From the IMG/VR virus record IMGVR_UViG_2585427734_000004: a stretch of DNA of 22,017 bases; one strand, written 5' to 3'. The notes beneath the pieces are model-generated. The model did no database searches. It was given only the letters and a program-made list of their open reading frames with translations, and was not told where the DNA came from. This document shows, piece after piece, positions 17,421 through 22,017 of the stretch (positions are counted from its first letter, which is position 1; each line of letters begins with the position of its first letter). The translations under genes and the position numbers were made by a program. Source of the DNA: a virus (taxonomy: Duplodnaviria > Heunggongvirae > Uroviricota > Caudoviricetes).

Positions 17421-17756
17421 GTGGCAGACATCGCCACCATTTTTCACTGGCCGCCATCCGTTACTGACGTTATGCCGCTGGAGCAGATGGCAGAACAGGG
17501 GAAAGCATGGCCTCTGATTGAAGGCAGCGGCACGATTTACGGCATGTATGTGATTGAGGGACTGAATCAGACTAAAACGGAGTTTTTCCGCGACGGTATG
17601 CCGCGCCGGATTGAGTTCACCCTGTCGCTCAAACGGGTGGATGAATCCCTGTCCGATATGTTCGGTGATCTCAGTGCGCAACTGAATAATCTGCAGGAAA
17701 CGGCAACATCTGCTTTAAGCGATATCAGTAAAACGGTGGGAGGGCTGCTGTCGTGA
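17421..17756 (+). pseudogene. E' extension continuing into a tail-protein U-like C-terminal segment; tape measure gene T absent
   Basis: -1 frame relative to E with no stop from 17361 to 17756; ends in a GTGA overlap with the D start. Only ~130 codons lie between the E slippery site and D, where P2 has T (~815 aa) and U. Confidence 0.45.
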
Positions 17757-18853
17757 ATTTCAGCTCTGAACTGCTTAACAAGGGCAACAAAACTCCCGCA
17801 TTCAGCATCAGTATTGAGGGCAGGGATATCACTACTGTCCTGGATAATCGCCTGATGAGTCTGACGCTGACGGACAATCGGGGCTTTGAAGCGGACCAGC
17901 TTGATCTGGAGCTGGACGACGCCGACGGAAAAATCGTGCTGCCGCGCCGTGGTGCGGTCATTACGCTGGCGCTGGGCTGGAAGGGGCAGCCGCTTTTCCC
18001 GAAAGGGGCATTCACGGTGGACGAGATTGAACACACTGGCGCACCGGACCGCCTGACTATCCGGGCGCGAAGTGCTGATTTTCGGGAAACGCTGAATCCC
18101 CGCCGTGAAAAATCGTGGCACAAGACCACGGTTGGGGAAGTGGTGAAGGAAATAGCTGCGCGTCACAAACTGAAGATGGCACTGGGTAAAGACCTGTCGG
18201 ATAAACCCGTGGATCATATAGACCAGACTAATGAGAGTGACGGCAGTTTTCTGATGCGGTTGGCGCGCCAATACGGTGCTATTGCGTCGGTGAAAAATGG
18301 CAATCTGTTATTCATCCGACAGGGACAGGGCAAAAGCGCCACTGGTAAACCACTGCCGGTGATCACTATCACACGCAAGGACGGCGACAGTCACCGATTT
18401 ACCCTGGCAGATCGCGGAGCCTACATGGGCGTAATTGCCAGCTGGTTGCATACCCGCGAACCTGCGAAGAAAGAAAGCACCACGGTGAAGCGTAAGCGCA
18501 GAACTAAGAAGCAGAAGAAAGAGCCGGAAGCGAAGCAGGGCGATTACCTGGTGGGTACGGATGAAAACGTGCTGGTACTTAATCGCACTTATGCCAACCG
18601 GAGCAACGCCGAACGGGCAGCGAAAATGCAGTGGGAACGCCTGCAACGCGGTGTTGCGTCATTCTCGCTACAACTGGCGGAAGGGCGGGCAGATCTCTAC
18701 ACGGAAATGCCAGTGAAAGTCAGTGGCTTTAAACAGCCGATAGATGATGCGGAATGGACTATTACCACCCTGACGCATACTGTCAGCCCGGATAACGGTT
18801 TTACGACCAGTCTGGAGCTTGAAGTGAAGATTGATGATTTCGAAATGGAATGA
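17753..18853 (+). CDS. D: Tail protein gpD
   Basis: LTLTDNRGFEADQLDLELDDADG...FTVDEIEHTGAPDRL...RSADFR...SW, KR-rich central linker and C-terminal TSLELEV match recalled P2 gpD; GTG start with GGTGGGAGGG RBS. Confidence 0.85.
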   Translation: MNFSSELLNKGNKTPAFSISIEGRDITTVLDNRLMSLTLTDNRGFEADQLDLELDDADGKIVLPRRGAVITLALGWKGQPLFPKGAFTVDEIEHTGAPDRLTIRARSADFRETLNPRREKSWHKTTVGEVVKEIAARHKLKMALGKDLSDKPVDHIDQTNESDGSFLMRLARQYGAIASVKNGNLLFIRQGQGKSATGKPLPVITITRKDGDSHRFTLADRGAYMGVIASWLHTREPAKKESTTVKRKRRTKKQKKEPEAKQGDYLVGTDENVLVLNRTYANRSNAERAAKMQWERLQRGVASFSLQLAEGRADLYTEMPVKVSGFKQPIDDAEWTITTLTHTVSPDNGFTTSLELEVKIDDFEME

Positions 18854-18943
18854 TTCTTCGCAATGGAGAACTTTTAAGTTTTCAAAATGGAATAATGCGG
18901 TATCATTATTGTGAATTTAGCAAAAATGGGGAGAACTCGAAAA

Positions 18944-19162
18944 ATGATGATTTGCCCACTGTGTGGAAGTGCCGCCCATACTCGCAGCAGTTTTCAGGTA
19001 TCTTCATTGACCAAAGAGCGTTACAACCAGTGCCAGAACATTAACTGCAGCCATACTTTTGTTACCCATGAAACTTTTGTTCGTTCGATTGCAACGCCAA
19101 AAGAGTCAAATCCGGTTCAGCCGCATCCAATGAAATCAGGACAGGTGGCGCTCTCTCTTTGA
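18944..19162 (+). CDS. ogr: Ogr/Delta-family zinc-finger late transcription activator
   Basis: MMICPLCGSAAHTRSS...ERYNQCQNINCSHTF...RPHP matches recalled P2 Ogr (CPLCQHAAHARTS...ERYHQCQNVNCSATF...RPHP). Confidence 0.8.
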   Translation: MMICPLCGSAAHTRSSFQVSSLTKERYNQCQNINCSHTFVTHETFVRSIATPKESNPVQPHPMKSGQVALSL

Positions 19163-19184
19163 CGCTGCCGCCAATTTGTCGCCA
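19163..19184. repeat. Putative attR core (cgctgccgccaatttgtcgcca)
   Basis: Direct repeat of 19-40 with one mismatch, starting immediately after the ogr stop. Confidence 0.55.
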
Positions 19185-19397
19185 TCATTAAAAAACAGTG
19201 CTTCTAACATCATGATTTTAAAAGGCATAAATTTCAGGCAACAAAAAACCCATCAACCTTGAACCGAAATGGCGGGGGTGATGGGCTCCACAAAATGGGG
19301 ACATCAAAGAAAAGCAGTGGCACTAATTAAGACTGATGCCCTGCGGAAAAGTTCTGCGGTTGTGCAAAAAAATTTCATTTTCAGGGCAACTTCAGTT

Positions 19398-21083
19398 TTA
19401 TCCTAATCCTGGCCATACCATGACGATGATTGTCCCTGCCAGCGTCAGCAGGACGTTGGCGATTGCATAGGTGCCCGCATAGCCCAGCGCCGGGATGTTA
19501 CTGCGAGCTGTATCACTGATGATCTCCATTGCCGGCGCGCAGGTACGTGCGCCCATCATTGCGCCGAACAACAGCGCGCGGTTCATTCGCAATACATAAG
19601 CACCGAACAAGAAACAGATAACCACGGGCACCAGACTGACAATCAATCCGGCAATCAACATCTGACCGCCAATCGCGCCCAGGCCGTTATTAATCCCGCT
19701 ACCGGCGCTCAGACCAACGCCTGCCATAAACACCATCAAGCCGAACTCTTTCACCATGCTTAATGCACCCTGCGGAATGTAACCGAAGGTCGGGTGGTTA
19801 GCACGCATAAAGCCCAGCATAATTCCGGCGAATAACAACCCGGCAGCGTTCCCCATGCCGAAACTGAATGTGCTGAACTGGAAGGTGATCATCCCGATCA
19901 TCAGCCCAATAACAAAGAAGGCGCAGAATGCCAGCAGGTCAGTGACCTGGCTGTGAATCGAGATAAAGCCGATGCGATCGGCGATGGTTTTTACGCGACG
20001 GGCATCACCGCTGACTTGTAAAACGTCACCTTTGTTAAGCACGACGTTGTCATCTATCGGCATCTCAATCTGGCTACGAATGACGCGGTTAAGGAAGCAA
20101 CCGTGATCGGTCAACTTCAGTTGTGCGAGACGTTTACCTACAGCGTTATGGTTTTTAACGACCACTTCTTCAGTGACGATACGCATGTCGAGAAGGTCAC
20201 GATCGAAAACTTCTTTACCGTTACGGAAGCTGGGATCGAGTCGGGCATGGGCGTCGGGATAGCCTACCAACGCTATTTCATCGCCCATTTGTAGCACGGC
20301 ATCACCGTCTGGATTTGCCAGAATCCCGTTACGTCGAATACGTTCAATGTAGCAGCCGGTTTGTCGATAAATACCCAGTTCACGCAGATTTTTGCCGTCG
20401 GTCCAGGCCACCAGCTCCGGGCCGACGCGATAGGCGCGGATCACCGGTAAATAAACCTTACGGTTGGCATCAGTGTCCAGGCCACGTTCGCGGGCGATTT
20501 GCTGGGCGCTGGTCTGTAAGTCCTGATGCTGCAATTTCGGCAAGTAACGCGCACCAACAATCAAACTCACCAGACCGATTAAATAGGTTAAGGCATACCC
20601 GAGGCTCAGATTATCCAGTGCCAGTGAGAGCTGCCTGCTTTCCATGCCGGAATGACGCAGTGTATCGCCAGCACCGACCAGAACCGGTGTCGACGTCATA
20701 GAGCCTGCTAACATACCGGCCGTCAGGCCAATATCCCAGCCAAACAGCTTACCTAACCCTAAGGCGATCACCAGCGCACTGCCAACCATCACCAGTGCTA
20801 ACATTAGGTAATTTTTCCCATCGCGAAAAAAAATGGAAAAAAAGTTCGGTCCGGCTTCAACCCCAACACAGAAAATAAACAGCATAAAGCCAAGATTAAG
20901 CGCATCGGTGTTAATGCTGAAATGTTGTTGGCCTAATAACAGCGATACGACTAAAACGCCAATGGAATTACCCAGTTGGATCGAACCAAGTCGTAACTTT
21001 CCGAGACATAGCCCAAGCGCGAGGACCACAAATAATAACAGAATGTAATTCCCATTTAACAATTCGGCGACGTTTATATTCAC
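19398..21083 (-). CDS. ybjL: Putative transport protein YbjL (AAE transporter family)
   Basis: 561-aa polytopic membrane protein recognised as E. coli YbjL; conserved synteny ybjL-ybjM-grxA. Confidence 0.9.
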
Positions 21084-21352
21084 GGAGGCTAACTTCTTGT
21101 TTACTAGTAAGCTGTTGAAAGAAATGGTAATTTACGATAATGTTTTTTACCAGAATTCAGGGCGCAGATTCATTCAGCGCACCTAAACGATAGTAAAGTA
21201 ACAATATATTTTACTAGTGTAATCACATTAGGTATCAACGGCTATATGAATTGCGTTGGCCTATATTAGCATGGAATGCGAAGCGGCTTTATCTTACTGA
21301 ACGCCACACTGGCGAAAAATGTGTTCGATAGACGCAGTGTCAGGAGGAACGA

Positions 21353-21730
21353 GTGAAACATAAACAACGTTGGGCGGGGGCAATCTGCTGTTTTGTCCTC
21401 TTCATTGTGGTGTGCCTTTTTCTGGCGACGCACATGAAAGGCGCTTTTCGGGCTGCCGGGCATCCTGAAATCGGCTTGCTGTTTTTCATTCTTCCTGGAG
21501 CAGTTGCCAGTTTCTTTTCACAGCGTAGAGAAGTCCTAAAACCTCTGTTTGGCGCAATGCTGGCGGCACCCTGTTCAATGCTTATTATGCGGCTGTTTTT
21601 TTCACCGACCCGCTCATTCTGGCAAGAGCTGGCATGGTTACTAAGCGCGGTGTTCTGGTGTGCGCTGGGGGCACTGTGTTTCTTATTTATCAGTAGTTTG
21701 TTTAAACCACAGCACAGAAAAAATCAGTAA
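21353..21730 (+). CDS. ybjM: Inner membrane protein YbjM
   Basis: 125-aa hydrophobic protein in the expected position between ybjL and grxA. Confidence 0.8.
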   Translation: MKHKQRWAGAICCFVLFIVVCLFLATHMKGAFRAAGHPEIGLLFFILPGAVASFFSQRREVLKPLFGAMLAAPCSMLIMRLFFSPTRSFWQELAWLLSAVFWCALGALCFLFISSLFKPQHRKNQ

Positions 21731-21749
21731 AGCCCTCAACGCGAGGGCT
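21731..21749. terminator. Bidirectional stem-loop between convergent ybjM and grxA
   Basis: agccctc-aacgc-gagggct hairpin immediately after the ybjM stop; on the minus strand it is followed by a T-run. Confidence 0.55.
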
Positions 21750-21759
21750 TGTCAGACGA

Positions 21760-22017
21760 TCAGGCGTCCAGATTTTCTTTCACCCATGCAGCAAAATCGG
21801 TATAGCCGCCGATATGTTGCTGATCGACAAAAATCTGCGGCACGGTTTCTACGGGTTTACCTGCCTTTTGTTGTAGATCTTCTTTAGTGATCCCTTCCGC
21901 ACGAATATCTACATACTGATACTGAAAATCATCGCGTTCATTGCTCAATTTCTCAGCCAGATCTTTTGCACGCACACAGTAAGGGCAACCCGGACGACCA
22001 AAAATAACGGTTTGCAT
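21760..22017 (-). CDS. grxA: Glutaredoxin 1
   Basis: 85-aa protein with CPYC active site (MQTVIFGRPGCPYCVRAK...). Confidence 0.9.
   Translation of the reverse strand: MQTVIFGRPGCPYCVRAKDLAEKLSNERDDFQYQYVDIRAEGITKEDLQQKAGKPVETVPQIFVDQQHIGGYTDFAAWVKENLDA

Larger units (their letters stand above)
19..19184. mobile_element. Degraded P2/186-like prophage (int to ogr) carrying two cargo loci
   Basis: Gene order int-cI-apl-cII-early ORFs-A-(cargo)-Q'-O-N'-R-S-(cargo)-V'-FII-E-D-ogr matches an integrated P2-family prophage; flanked by a 22-bp direct repeat with one mismatch; host genes ybjL/ybjM/grxA lie immediately to the right. Confidence 0.7.

Noticed and set aside
17133-18646. Minus-strand ORFs (112-234 aa) opposite E, the U-like segment and D
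   Set aside because: Antisense to recognised tail genes, Arg/Ser-rich, no RBS.
19185-19397. tRNA gene or integrase target at the right junction
   Set aside because: No cloverleaf-like structure or tRNA-like conserved segments found; the interval looks like ordinary intergenic sequence.
20103-21048. Plus-strand ORFs (63-128 aa) inside ybjL
   Set aside because: Antisense to a conserved 561-aa membrane protein gene.
1-22017. CRISPR arrays or insertion-sequence elements
   Set aside because: No regularly spaced direct repeats, no transposase-like ORF and no terminal inverted repeats were detected by eye.

Overview
This 22 kb window is a degraded P2/186-like prophage (about 19-19184) integrated next to the E. 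coli core genes ybjL-ybjM-grxA (19398-22017), bounded by a 22-bp imperfect direct repeat (19-40 and 19163-19184). The lysogeny/early arm looks intact: integrase, a small secreted Cys-rich ORF, CI-like repressor, Apl/Cox-like and CII-like regulators, small early ORFs, a TraR/DksA zinc-finger protein, a DUF3850/ASCH-like protein, Dam methyltransferase and the gpA rolling-circle initiator, followed by a LexA box upstream of a small ORF and a DinI-like gene. The morphogenesis arm is a remnant with at least four internal deletions: a portal-like fragment abutting O, a truncated N, R and S, a V N-terminal fragment joined to a short fragment just upstream of FII, then FII, E, an E' extension running into a U-like segment, D and ogr. 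Terminase, tape measure, baseplate, fibre and lysis genes are absent. Two AT-rich cargo loci sit in this skeleton. The first (8640-12109) is a retron-like cassette: a 73-nt perfect palindromic hairpin, a 311-aa reverse transcriptase, an ABC-type ATPase and an HNH nuclease. The second (14846-16238) is a solitary 409-aa SIR2-family gene inserted between tail genes S and V, with no partner gene; this is the best candidate here for an undescribed single-gene defence module. All homology calls rest on motifs read from the translations and recalled family knowledge; no searches were run.
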